The translations under genes and the position numbers were made by a program. The notes below the pieces were generated by a model. That model did not search any database and was not told the origin of the DNA. It worked only from the letters and a program-made list of their open reading frames with translations. This document shows positions 9,039 to 19,393 of a DNA stretch of 64,000 nt, piece after piece. How positions within the stretch are numbered: the stretch's first letter is position 1; each line of letters opens with the position of its first letter. The stretch is from Tortispora ganteri. Its lineage: Eukaryota. The DNA lies in contig PPNB01000001.1 of assembly GCA_003707115.1 (NCBI GenBank), positions 248,001 to 312,000 of the forward strand. Direction: 5' to 3'.

Positions 9039-10473
9039 ATGTTGCGGCATCTGACGCTCCAATATGGATTCCGTTTGTCATGATTGATTTCTCAACTTTA
9101 GGTGACAATGACACGCTATTTCTCACAGCTCTTAAAGAATTATGACTGTTCAATGTCTCATAGATAACTGGAGACTGTGACACACTTGCTTCTAACGCTT
9201 GAAATACGCTCGGAAACACTACCTTATCCACATCATCGCCCCATATTAGATCTAGATGCTCATGATCTGGCACCGCTCTTAGATTTGTCCCCGTTGGCAA
9301 GTTTGCAACCATGTGCCCAGGGTTGGCCAGACTGTCACTTTCACCATATATCAACGTAATAGGCGTGGCAATGTTTTTGGTTGGAAATTTAGTTACTTCG
9401 TAGAATCCTTTCCGTATAGATATAGTAGACGACGGATCATCATCATACATTTGGAAGCACTGATTCTTCAGTACCTGAAACCAGTGTACCACACTCTTAA
9501 CACTGGTAGTAGAGTACAAATGAAAGTATGCAATCAGTTTCTGTCTATGCGTGATGTGTTTGCTTTTCCAGTTAAATAGGGTATATAGAGCGATATCTAT
9601 CACTCTGATAAATAATTCTGGAGTGACTAAGTATTGCCAGAACATTGTGCTTGATAGTATAGCCTTGCGTCCAAATAGCAAAAACAATAGCATTGGTGAA
9701 GCTTTCATTAAAGAGTCTGCAATCTTATTAGAGAGACCAGGCGGAGACATAGCTGGCGCAATTGCAATGAATGCAGATACTTTTTTATTGAGCTCGGGAT
9801 GTATTGACAGGCTAGCGAATGCTTGTGCTGAACCCTGAGAGAATCCAATGTAAGCTAATGATTTGCATCCAGTGGCATTCAGTATAAAATCAATAGAGTT
9901 TGGTATATCATACAGAGCAAAATCGTCAATGCAAAAGTTCCAAAACTGTGATTGGTTAGGTATGCAGTAAAGATGCTTCTTGGAGTATTTGTTACCCCTG
10001 TTGTTCCCTAGCCAAACATCATAGCCAAAATCAGAGAGAGCAAAAGCGAGGCTCAATTTCGGATTTTCATTTACGATCCATACCTCACTGCACATGAGCA
10101 GCCCATGGTGCAAATACACAATGGGTTTTCTCACCTGACTAGGTGACTGGTTTGTGCGACCCGTAATGCGGTGCAATGCAAGTAAGAACCCATCTTTTGT
10201 AGCGGCGTAATATACTTCCGCCTCATAGCCTCTCGCATTGCAAATATCTATAAAGCTTGTTAGATCTCTAATCTTCTTGATCTCGTCTGAGTCCTCTACT
10301 TTCGAGAACGTTGATAAAGATAACTTCGCCGCTCTGTCGAAGAATGCTAGTAAAAAGCGTGGCAAGAAAAGAGTGATAATATGAATGAAGTTCTCTAAAA
10401 ACACAAAGGCAATGCTCAAAAGCAACACAGGCCATTCCTGTCCTCGCAGACGACCTATTAATGGAATGTGCAT
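9025..10473 (-). CDS. TGL1: Sterol esterase/acid lipase (Tgl1-like)
   Basis: HHGLLMCSEVW, DVWLGNNRGNKYS, GFSQG nucleophile and HEHLDLIWG; N-terminal TM. First ATG at 10473 (the track start is TTG). Confidence 0.88.
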   Translation of the reverse strand: MHIPLIGRLRGQEWPVLLLSIAFVFLENFIHIITLFLPRFLLAFFDRAAKLSLSTFSKVEDSDEIKKIRDLTSFIDICNARGYEAEVYYAATKDGFLLALHRITGRTNQSPSQVRKPIVYLHHGLLMCSEVWIVNENPKLSLAFALSDFGYDVWLGNNRGNKYSKKHLYCIPNQSQFWNFCIDDFALYDIPNSIDFILNATGCKSLAYIGFSQGSAQAFASLSIHPELNKKVSAFIAIAPAMSPPGLSNKIADSLMKASPMLLFLLFGRKAILSSTMFWQYLVTPELFIRVIDIALYTLFNWKSKHITHRQKLIAYFHLYSTTSVKSVVHWFQVLKNQCFQMYDDDPSSTISIRKGFYEVTKFPTKNIATPITLIYGESDSLANPGHMVANLPTGTNLRAVPDHEHLDLIWGDDVDKVVFPSVFQALEASVSQSPVIYETLNSHNSLRAVRNSVSLSPKVEKSIMTNGIHIGASDAATSIQT

Positions 10474-10603
10474 GGTTTGTTTGCCTGTTTTTCTCTTTTT
10501 TTTTCCGGAAACTTTTCGGTTAAAGAGGATCGATTGACGGTAGGGGGGGTGGGGGTGATGATTAAGATGGTTCAATCATGTGCACGTTTCGAGAACTGGC
10601 ATT

Positions 10604-10843
10604 AGTCCCGTTTAGGAAATTACCGCTCTATCTGTAAATTCTTACTAGTGACCAGGGTCTCGGAAACAAGTGCATCTTGTCGCGCACAAATCCAGGGATT
10701 CTTACCTATACGCACCAAATTAGGATAGATAAATGCTCATAGGAACCTGAAACGGTAAAATTAGCACTCTCTAGATTTCCTAAGTGGATAGATAAAGCAA
10801 ATTCAACGAGCCAGAAACTGCGGTGTGGAAAAATATATAAATA
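10604..10843 (+). promoter_or_regulatory. Cluster of Mcm1/CArG-like boxes plus TATA
   Basis: CCcgtttaGGaaa 10607-10619, CCaaattaGG 10715-10724, CCtgaaacGGtaa 10746-10758 and degenerate tttCCtaagtGG 10776-10787. GGATAGATAAA occurs at 10723 and 10786. TATATAAATA at 10834-10843. Confidence 0.55.
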
Positions 10844-10909
10844 GGGTAGTCAGTTCTTGTTTCTAAAAGTTCAAAAACGAAATACATTAGTATATAACCT
10901 CTTTTTACA

Positions 10910-11278
10910 ATGAGATTAGAGAATGTCAGCTTGTTATTGAGCTCGCTTGCGTTGGCAGTGGATTACAATCAAATACACAATGTTATTCCGTCGACAGCAG
11001 AAGTGTCAGAGAACCGCCGAGCGCCTAAGTTTGTTCTAGTGGACGTCTTCAATCGTCGTTTCTTGGCCTCTGGAAACATTTCTGGAACCGAAGATTACAG
11101 AATGGTTAAAACGCCTGAAACCAACAAGTGCACAATACAAGTCAACGGTAAAATCATGCAACCACAGTATCGTATGCTTGAAGTACTAGAGTTTGTTGGG
11201 CCAGATGGTGAATATTTCTTACAGATTCCTAAAGAGGTGGATCCAAATTCCAGTTCGGATGAATGTATAGTTTTCTGA
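10910..11278 (+). CDS. Orphan small secreted protein (signal peptide, 2 dibasic sites, C-terminal CIVF)
   Basis: 122-aa ATG ORF in its own intergenic slot with a TATA box and A at -3. Signal peptide (MRLENVSLLLSSLALA) resembles the calnexin one in this window. Confidence 0.7.
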   Translation: MRLENVSLLLSSLALAVDYNQIHNVIPSTAEVSENRRAPKFVLVDVFNRRFLASGNISGTEDYRMVKTPETNKCTIQVNGKIMQPQYRMLEVLEFVGPDGEYFLQIPKEVDPNSSSDECIVF

Positions 11279-11500
11279 ACTGTATTTTGTTTAACACATA
11301 GTTATTTATTTATAAACGACAGGTTTCGTGAATCGCGAAATCAAAAAACGCCGCGCTTAAATTCAAATAGGCCGGGTAAATTTATTTCTTGTTGATAGCT
11401 CCCCCACTTTCCCAACTGACCGAGGTTCGGCAAATCATTATTCGAACCTGATCGGATATCTCTTCTTCGACGCACCCTGTAACAAAAACAGCACATCAAA

Positions 11501-13168
11501 ATGAGCACCATAAAAGATGAGGAGGTATTTTTTGAAGGAATAGCTGGTAGTTTGATGTCTCCAGCCAAGCCTGTTGGTGTGCCTCGAGCGATTATTATTC
11601 TTCATGGTCAAGCTGGTCACCGCAACTATGTCTACCAGCGTTCGCTTGCCAATAAGTTGGCTGACACTGGATTTTACTCTTTGCGCATTGATTTTAGAGG
11701 TTGCGGTTACTCTGATCCAATTGATGATCCTGAAGAAGGACGTACTCTTAAACATGACTGTGAGGATATAGCAAGATGCTGCAGATTCTTGAAGTCGAAA
11801 AACCTGGAGTCATACGCCATAGTTGGACATTCCAGAGGCGGCGTCGCTGCATTGCTGTACGCAAGGTTCTACGATAACTCAATTTTGTATGTCGCTAATG
11901 TATCAGGCAGATATAGGGGATCATTAATCCGAGATAAAATGGATCATACCGTACCAGAGTGGCGATCTGGTCATTACTACGAGGACATACCTCGCTATGG
12001 TAAAAATGTGAGAACGCGCCAAACGTCGAAGGAAATCGAGTCAATTGCGCGAACAGATATGTCTTGCGTCATAGACCTTCCAATAGGAGCCGATGTCTTA
12101 ACTATGCAAGGCTCTAGAGACACTGTCGTGCCAATCGCTGATTCGCACTTGTATGCCAACACCTTAGAATATCGACACACATTGTGCATGATAGAGGATG
12201 CCGACCACAATTTTCTGGACTTTAATGAAGATAGAGTGGTCAAAAAGGGTAGGAATCACTTCAGGGAAGAAGTCTCTGATTATATAACTCACTGGATATC
12301 AGACCAGGCAGCCAGTTCCCGGTTCCAGTTTCGATGTAACGGCCGTACGGGTTTCCCTATGTGGAAGCATGTCGATGGCGTCAACAATATCCGAGACTTT
12401 GGTGGAATGCAATCTAGAACTTATGGCAATACTATGAGATACGGCTATCTATTTCGCTCTGCGGGTTTGCATGAAATCACTGACGAGGGAAAAAATGTGT
12501 TACGTAGACTTGGAATTAAGCAGATATTTGATCTGAGAAGTGATCCCGAAGTTGCTAATCATGCTGATCCTGAGATTCCTGGCATAAATATATCTCATAC
12601 GCCTATATTTAAGGCAGAAGATTATTCACCAGAGCGACTAGCTGAACGAATTCAGTACTACAAGTCAGATGTGACTGGCTTCATGGTGGCTTACAGAAGT
12701 ATTTTGCTAAGTGGAATTCCTACCTTCCAAACTATATTTCGTCATATTCGTGATCATCCTGATCACCCATTTATCGTTCACTGCACCGCCGGGAAAGACC
12801 GTACGGGTGTTACTTGTGCTTTGATTTTGATGTTGATGGATATTCACCCTGAGCTGATAGCTAGGGAGTATGAGCTGACAACTATCGGTTTGAAGGAATA
12901 CCATGAAAAGATTATGAGCCAAATGGCGTCATTGCCTAACTTTAAGAAGGATCCTAGAGGCGCCCGAAACTTGATGTCCTCCAAGTATGAGACAATGGCC
13001 AAGTTCTTGCGCTTTTTCAAGGCTGAATATGAATCAATGGATTCTTTCTTAACTAAGGAGTGTGGATTTAGCGACATCGATATACGAAAAATGCGCCGAA
13101 ACCTACTTGCTGAAGATGCGCATGTCCCTATTCTGGAGGAGAAATCGACAATTTCTTCTTCCTTGTAG
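11501..13168 (+). CDS. Fusion: N-terminal alpha/beta-hydrolase + C-terminal MptpB/IphP-type (Y_phosphatase3) phosphatase
   Basis: ILHG, DFRGCG, GHSRGG, GSRDTVVP and DADHNF (Ser-Asp-His triad), then NIRDFGG, LFRSA, IFDLRS and HCTAGKDRTG, all in one uninterrupted frame. Confidence 0.85.
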   Translation: MSTIKDEEVFFEGIAGSLMSPAKPVGVPRAIIILHGQAGHRNYVYQRSLANKLADTGFYSLRIDFRGCGYSDPIDDPEEGRTLKHDCEDIARCCRFLKSKNLESYAIVGHSRGGVAALLYARFYDNSILYVANVSGRYRGSLIRDKMDHTVPEWRSGHYYEDIPRYGKNVRTRQTSKEIESIARTDMSCVIDLPIGADVLTMQGSRDTVVPIADSHLYANTLEYRHTLCMIEDADHNFLDFNEDRVVKKGRNHFREEVSDYITHWISDQAASSRFQFRCNGRTGFPMWKHVDGVNNIRDFGGMQSRTYGNTMRYGYLFRSAGLHEITDEGKNVLRRLGIKQIFDLRSDPEVANHADPEIPGINISHTPIFKAEDYSPERLAERIQYYKSDVTGFMVAYRSILLSGIPTFQTIFRHIRDHPDHPFIVHCTAGKDRTGVTCALILMLMDIHPELIAREYELTTIGLKEYHEKIMSQMASLPNFKKDPRGARNLMSSKYETMAKFLRFFKAEYESMDSFLTKECGFSDIDIRKMRRNLLAEDAHVPILEEKSTISSSL

Positions 13169-13280
13169 CTGATACAGTTGTTTCTCTGAGTAACGGTCAT
13201 TTTCATTAATCATATTCTTGTATGGTAAGCTGTAATAACGGATATCAATTTATGTAATCGGTTAAATGTTTATCCTTAGA

Positions 13281-14757
13281 TCATATTGTTACCCCTCGTC
13301 TTACTTTTTCAATTTCATAGAATAGCAAGCATTCAGTAACAGATCCCTGCCAGCCGCGATGGCCACTGGCACTAATTAAAAATCGTTCAGTAGGATCTAC
13401 ATAGAGGCTAGATATTATGCCACCATGGTGCCCGGGAATGATCAGGAAAGGTGCGGCATTTTTAGATTCTTTTGCCTGAAGATCGTACAATCTGATGTTG
13501 TCATAAGAAGCGCATAGTAAGTGACGTCCATTGTTCATCATTTTCACAGCCGATATTGCGCCTGATATTGAGGGTAGTTTTAGTCTTCTCATAGGCTCAT
13601 TTTCTTTCAAAGTCCTAATGTCATAGCAGTCAACCGAACCATGTCTGCGGCCAACAAACAGTTCATATCCGTTAGGAGACCAACATACGTCCATGGCCCA
13701 CGGAGGACAGCCATGCGATGGCGCCAGTTTCATAATGGCGTTGGGTGATTTTCTATCCCATATCCTGATTACACCGTCGATCGAAGCGGCAGCAAATATG
13801 GTGTCATCAGTGTATTCTTTCACAGTTGGATTAGCAGCTGGCTGTGCTTCTTTTGTATCTGTTGAGCTAGAAACACCGTTCTCTCGCTTTTCTTTATCGA
13901 TGTCAGGATCATCATTATTCCTATTATAGTCGTTACCTTCACTGCCAACGTTATCGTTATCTCCAAATAGAGAGTCCATATCATCATCATCGTGTGAGAT
14001 ATTAGAGTAGTCCAGTGTATTAATAGGAAAGTCAGCAGATGATATCGGTCGGCGTGCTATAGCAGATATCTGACCAGAACTGGGTTGAAACTCCCTTATT
14101 ATACGGCCGGTATTAAGATCCCAATCGATAATCGATTTGTCCCATGAACCTGATAATAACGAGATTTCATCAGAGCTTAATGTGAGTGCAGAAATAGGCT
14201 CCTTATGTCGAGTCAAAATCGCGTGAATCTGGCCTTCAGCGTATCTGACCGTTTGGAGAGATATTGAGCCTGATTGAAGTCCAGACACTAACCACAAGGC
14301 CTGTGATTGTACTGCTAAAGCATTTACTGGGCTCAGAATAGGATCTTCTAACGTTTTGTTAATTCCAGGCTCTTCATTCTCCCAGTATGATACAAGAACA
14401 CCATTTCTGGTGATAGAATCAACAACAGCCTGGCGCTGTGCAAGCGTTAAAGGCTGTTTACCGCTCATTGATGCATAGAAATCGTACTTTCGGATATATC
14501 CATCTTGTCCACCCGTAAATAGCCATCTAAGTCCGCCACTAGCGGCCATACAGTTGATAGATGTACCTTGGGCAGACATTACAGTAGGGATAATCTCATA
14601 TGAGGTTGCGTCAGACTTGACAAGTTTTGGCGGAACGTATCGAGTTCTCGAGGTTTCAGCGCCATTTATGTTATCATTTATGTCGTTGTTGTCATCTCTC
14701 TCCTCATTCTCTATATCTTCATCTTCATCTTCATCGTCGTCTTCTGAGTCTTCCTCC

Positions 14758-14792
<35 letters not shown>

Positions 14793-14996
14793 TTCTTCGT
14801 TTTCTTCTTCTTCTTCTTCTTCGTCGTCGTCTTCTTCTTCGTCTTCTTCTTCCATATCATCTGCAACTTCATTTTCGTTGTCCAACTTATTCATAGGCTC
14901 ATCATCGTCATTAATACCGTCGTCAGTATTGTTGTCATCGAAGGGTTCCTCGTAGGAGTTGTCGTCCAGTTTCCCTTCGAATCCACTTGAATCCAT
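13281..14996 (-). CDS. SPT8: SAGA subunit Spt8 (acidic N-terminus + WD40)
   Basis: LFTGGQDGYIRKYD, LLSGSWDK and PFLIIPGHHGGIISSLYVDPT..ISASGHRGWQG motifs. Confidence 0.93.
14705..14860. repeat. Low-complexity (TCT/TCA/TCG)n tract encoding poly-Glu/Asp of Spt8
   Basis: Imperfect trinucleotide run visible directly; it generates spurious poly-Ser antisense ORFs. Confidence 0.8.
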
Positions 14997-15042
14997 TGCT
15001 TATATAAAACCAGTCTCTATCACGTGGCGTCTATTTGCCCAA

Positions 15043-15058
15043 ATATATATATATATAT
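15043..15058. repeat. (AT)8 microsatellite in the SPT8/RSM23 divergent promoter
   Basis: atatatatatatatat seen directly. Confidence 0.75.
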
Positions 15059-15279
15059 AAAGAAAGAGAGAAATATCCGCGCGAACTTCCCATGAAGGAT
15101 CGGGTTCGCAATGCTTTTAAGGCTCGTTCTGCTTTTGTACTAAGTGCAAGCTGGTGCAGCCCGCAAGTAGTTTTGTGGTTCAGGGTATATCTTTTGGTGT
15201 AACTTCTTACATTCCTCCGACACTTCATTTTTTCTTTGATCGAAAGAGCAGAATTTCCTTGAATAAATATCAACTACCG

Positions 15280-16584
15280 ATGCTGAGAGTGTGCAAATCT
15301 GCTACATTTTGCAGAGGCTTTTTAGTCAAACAGGTACACACTTCTTCTTCACTGTTGGCGGCTGTTGATCGCGAATCTAGTATTGTCAGGCACCGGTCCC
15401 CGGGTTACAAGCGTGTAGACAAGTCTAAAACCGCTAAACGACGCTCGGGTGTAGGTCGAAACTCATTGGACAAGATAATTGTTCGATCATCAAAATCTGT
15501 TCCCAGAATAGATGTCCCTGTTGTTCCGTGGAAGTCTGGATCTGTATGTGCCTTTCAATCGGAACCCAAGCTGAGCAGGCTAGGTTCTTTCAGTGAGGAA
15601 CCTCTTAAGCACATAATCTCTCCAAGGATCACTATAGTGCGCCCTGAATCTAAAGTCATCAATAGAATAATAGACTCAAATAAAAGCGCTATTGTTTATG
15701 GACGCAAACTATCTGGCAAGTCAACATTATTGGCTCATAGTCATGAATATGCCTTCAGCCAAGGCCAATTGGTTCTCCATATTCCAAACACTGATATCCT
15801 AATCAACGGCCGCAAAGATATCTACTTTGAATCTGATGGTGCATACCAGCCTATGATAATGTCAGATTTACTTCGTACATTCACTTTTGCAAACAAAGAC
15901 GTACTGCAATCGATTCCCCTCTCGTCATCATATTCTTACCAAGGTCCTACCTCTGCCACGGGAAACAGCACAACTGTAAAATTTTCACCTGAGAAGCACT
16001 CTATGTATGACTGCTTTAGAGAAGCCGGTCGCTATAGACATAATTCCATTCAAGCCTTTGCGAACTTCTGCCAGGAATTGAGTTCAAATGAGAAGATTCC
16101 GAAAATTCTGATCACCGTTGATAACTTCTCTGACCTTCTACTATCAGAGATTACCAGCTATTATAACACATCGTCCAAGCCATTGAGTATGCATGATCTC
16201 AAACTTATTCAGTTCATCGAAAGAGCGCTTTACAAACCCGAATCACTCACGAAAAATGGCGGTGCTACTATAGTTGCCTGCACAGGTGGCCTCCCTAGCA
16301 CTAACCAACTGACTTTAAAAGCCTGCCTCCGTTTAGCACAATTATCCGCTTACGAAAGTGGTAAAATTGATGCTAAGTGGGTGGAAGCTTGCTCTAATGC
16401 AGAAATCATAGAGTTGGGCAATATCGAATTTAACCAAGCCAAGGAACTACTACATTACTATTCTGCTGGTGGAGCAATTCCTAAACATAGAGTTGATGAC
16501 GTTAATTTGAGAAGGTCTTTCTTGGAATCTGGTTCCGGAAACATCGGACAGTTTTTACTTTCTAACTTTGCAAAAATCATGTAA
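15280..16584 (+). CDS. RSM23: Mitochondrial ribosomal protein mS29/DAP3
   Basis: Presequence-like start (MLRVCKSATFCRG), P-loop GRKLSGKST, AYQPM, LITVDNFS and C-terminal SGSGNIGQF. First ATG at 15280. Confidence 0.78.
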   Translation: MLRVCKSATFCRGFLVKQVHTSSSLLAAVDRESSIVRHRSPGYKRVDKSKTAKRRSGVGRNSLDKIIVRSSKSVPRIDVPVVPWKSGSVCAFQSEPKLSRLGSFSEEPLKHIISPRITIVRPESKVINRIIDSNKSAIVYGRKLSGKSTLLAHSHEYAFSQGQLVLHIPNTDILINGRKDIYFESDGAYQPMIMSDLLRTFTFANKDVLQSIPLSSSYSYQGPTSATGNSTTVKFSPEKHSMYDCFREAGRYRHNSIQAFANFCQELSSNEKIPKILITVDNFSDLLLSEITSYYNTSSKPLSMHDLKLIQFIERALYKPESLTKNGGATIVACTGGLPSTNQLTLKACLRLAQLSAYESGKIDAKWVEACSNAEIIELGNIEFNQAKELLHYYSAGGAIPKHRVDDVNLRRSFLESGSGNIGQFLLSNFAKIM

Positions 16585-16646
16585 ATATTCAATACCATGA
16601 TATCTAAAAAAGCGTCGTACTTTCTGTATGTTATGCATACATGCAA

Positions 16647-18473
16647 TCATTTGCTCCTCACGAAAGTAGAAGAGATTGCACGTCTCAGCGCCCTGAAATT
16701 CTTTTCCGCTTTGTGCAGTGGAAATTCAGGAATGCTGCTTTGAGGAGATAATGCTAAGTCAAAAGATGTCTCACTTGTGCCAGAAGTAATATCATTGGAT
16801 GCGTATGGTGTTGAATTGGCTTGTGCACTGTGATCGGTTAGTGAAGTTGGTGAGTTGAGATGAGATGATAAATTGTAGTTAGTCAAAATTGCATGCAGTT
16901 CTGCTTTAAATTCGTTCATGAGGATTTCGTATTGACTTTCAATGCCGACACTTTCTTTCTCTTGTTCTTCCAGGCTCACAACTGATAAAAGATATGAGCT
17001 GTTATTCAATCCTGTGCTATGTAACTTTAAAAGAATAAGAGTAAGTCGCTTCGAGAGCAATTTTCCTATATCATCAGATAACCTGAGTAAATTTTGCAAT
17101 TGGGTGCAGAAATTAGTCGCTGACGTAATCAAGGCATGTTTGTTCTGAACCAAATCTCTCGAATCTCTGAAGGTGATGTGTTTTTCAAGATTCTGACATA
17201 CTAAGCCAGCTTGAGTTAACGCGTATAACATGTGTTGTAATGGTATTATAATGGCAGTAGTAATGGTATGTGACGCTGTTTCAAAGTCGTTCATTGATTT
17301 ATCAATAATTGACTTCAGATTAGCGGCGTTGGAATTTTCCATTCTGAGTTCATTAGACTGAAAGTCAGTTATATGCTGAAATTTTTCCAGTAATGAATTA
17401 GTCTGATTAAGCGAGGTAAAGTATGCATGTATAAACTGCTTTGCTTCTTCTTCCAATGCTGATAGCAAGTTGTATTTCTGTAGGCAGCTCTTGCGAATAG
17501 CATTAAATTGATGTAATGGAATGTGGGTTAACTGCGGCGAGACTGGGTTTGAAGAAGACCTAGACACAAGTCGACGTAAATAGGTGTCTTCCCGGGCACG
17601 TTGATACCATTTTATGTTAGCAGAATCATTACTAATATCTGCTATATTCAATAACTGTTGTAAGAGGTACAGAAGTGAGGGGACAACTGAGGGCCAAATA
17701 GCTATTTCTGTTTGCAAACTTCGCCAAAACTGAGGATATTGTAGCAATCTTTGAATTGGCTTAATTAAAACCGCCTCAATTTCCCAAAGTGATGTTTTTG
17801 AGTAAAGAATCTGGTCGAGCTCAGTAAGTCTTTTTGCAGGGTCGGGTTTCTGGCGTAGTTTAGAGACGTAATGAATCATTGACCGGCAATTCATGCTGTA
17901 ATTATAATATGTAGTTTCAAGATCTCTGATATTTAGCAAAAACCAGTTAATTATTAGCGATAAAGCGTTAAATGTAGTTTCGGAAGACATAGGGCTCTGG
18001 TCCAGACCGCTGGACGCTTTCAATAACTCGTGGGTAAATTTGGACGAAAAAGAGCAAACATCTTTCAGAGGTAAAGTTATTATTTTGTAATCTTTCTCAG
18101 GCATAGTGTCTTTCGAATAAATTTCGATAGTGCGAGTTAGGGACTCGCAATATTGAGATTCTGTTGAGACAATTTCCTGCAGAGTCAAGGCGATCTTAGT
18201 TAGCCTCCGTTTATTATCGGGATCTTCATTAACGCGATATATCTCGGGTGGAACAGGCAAATCTCGTACTTGTTTTGACTTTGTTTCATTCATCAATTTG
18301 TTTGCATCCTTTGTTTCGACTACAGGGTGCTTCTTTTTGGAATTCAAAGTTGAATTCGAATGGTGCCGATTGGTAGAGTCCGCTAGCGGTTCTCTACTCT
18401 GTTTCGTAACTGTCAAGTCAGGTATAGACCGTGAACCGCTTAACTTATGTATACCTACACTTAAATAGTTCAT
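16647..18473 (-). CDS. Dbl-homology RhoGEF with helical BAR-like C-terminus (Fus2/Gef3-like)
   Basis: DH motifs LQEIVSTESQYCESL and LIKPIQRLLQYP. Confidence 0.72.
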   Translation of the reverse strand: MNYLSVGIHKLSGSRSIPDLTVTKQSREPLADSTNRHHSNSTLNSKKKHPVVETKDANKLMNETKSKQVRDLPVPPEIYRVNEDPDNKRRLTKIALTLQEIVSTESQYCESLTRTIEIYSKDTMPEKDYKIITLPLKDVCSFSSKFTHELLKASSGLDQSPMSSETTFNALSLIINWFLLNIRDLETTYYNYSMNCRSMIHYVSKLRQKPDPAKRLTELDQILYSKTSLWEIEAVLIKPIQRLLQYPQFWRSLQTEIAIWPSVVPSLLYLLQQLLNIADISNDSANIKWYQRAREDTYLRRLVSRSSSNPVSPQLTHIPLHQFNAIRKSCLQKYNLLSALEEEAKQFIHAYFTSLNQTNSLLEKFQHITDFQSNELRMENSNAANLKSIIDKSMNDFETASHTITTAIIIPLQHMLYALTQAGLVCQNLEKHITFRDSRDLVQNKHALITSATNFCTQLQNLLRLSDDIGKLLSKRLTLILLKLHSTGLNNSSYLLSVVSLEEQEKESVGIESQYEILMNEFKAELHAILTNYNLSSHLNSPTSLTDHSAQANSTPYASNDITSGTSETSFDLALSPQSSIPEFPLHKAEKNFRALRRAISSTFVRSK

Positions 18474-19393
18474 ATCTTTATGAAATGAGGTATGCCAGTT
18501 GTTGTTAACGTTATATCAATAAGTGGACAGCTTTCGGATCAGTAAGAGAGTGCTAGTCAAAAAAATGTAAACAGTATAACCTTATTCACGCATTTAGGTT
18601 TCAAGCGAACGTGTCGGCTAGACATATAGAATGTTCTCTATCAGGATTGCCTCAATTGATGAGCAGTGACCATACATAAAAATACATTGCTCTTCAAATT
18701 TTACTTTGTTTTGCTGGTTATAGTCTCATCACACAGTGTCTGCAATAAAATGGCATTTCACTGTAACAATAGAGTTGAGGCTACACGGTCTGGAACTTAC
18801 TGACTGCATGAGGCAGATCGCCAACCCATTGCTCTAAAAGTTTAAGTATAACGGCCAACCTTATATGCTATTGGTATCGTTACTTGTCGCGACTCCGTAT
18901 AGAGTCCCACATCGTCATAGTTCTGTACTTTTCATCTCTAGTCACATCTATAATATGATTGCTAAAAGATAGCTTATTGTTTTTTTTGGCTAGTATATGA
19001 TACCAGGCTCCACTTAAGTGGTTTCTATACAAACTCTATCACTAGGCGATCTCTCGCCCCCTTCGCCTTCTGTAAAGATTCACGTGCTTTATATTGATTG
19101 GGTTTGGTTTGAACTTATCTCTCCACAATACTCTCTTTATTGCATTAATATACATACTTTACAATTTTGCTTGTTATAGTCGTGCCAATCTGAGCTTTGT
19201 TTCCACGAAAGCAAGCGGCCTTTAGTACCGCCTAATATGGTATGACTATCACCGACTAAGTAATACCCTGAACCCAATTACATATCTGAATCACGATTTC
19301 TTAGGAGTTCGTGCATTTTTCCTACTCTGACATAGTTGGATTAGGAACTCCTTTTGGCAGCTGTCAAAGATCAGTTTAACGTGTAACAACCCG

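Noticed and set aside
10543..10555. G-rich run GGGGGGGTGGGGG upstream of TGL1
   Set aside because: Only two G-runs, so not a canonical G-quadruplex; more likely a promoter tract.
14554..14955. Poly-Ser/Leu ORFs antisense to SPT8 (also 23058-23534 antisense to CNE1)
   Set aside because: Shadows of GAA/GAT-rich acidic tracts.
19255..19290. AATACCCTGAACC resembling part of a TPP riboswitch; CTGA..GAAA at 19190-19210 resembling a hammerhead
   Set aside because: Lacks the CUGAGA and UGAUC..UAAU TPP motifs and the CUGANGA hammerhead core.
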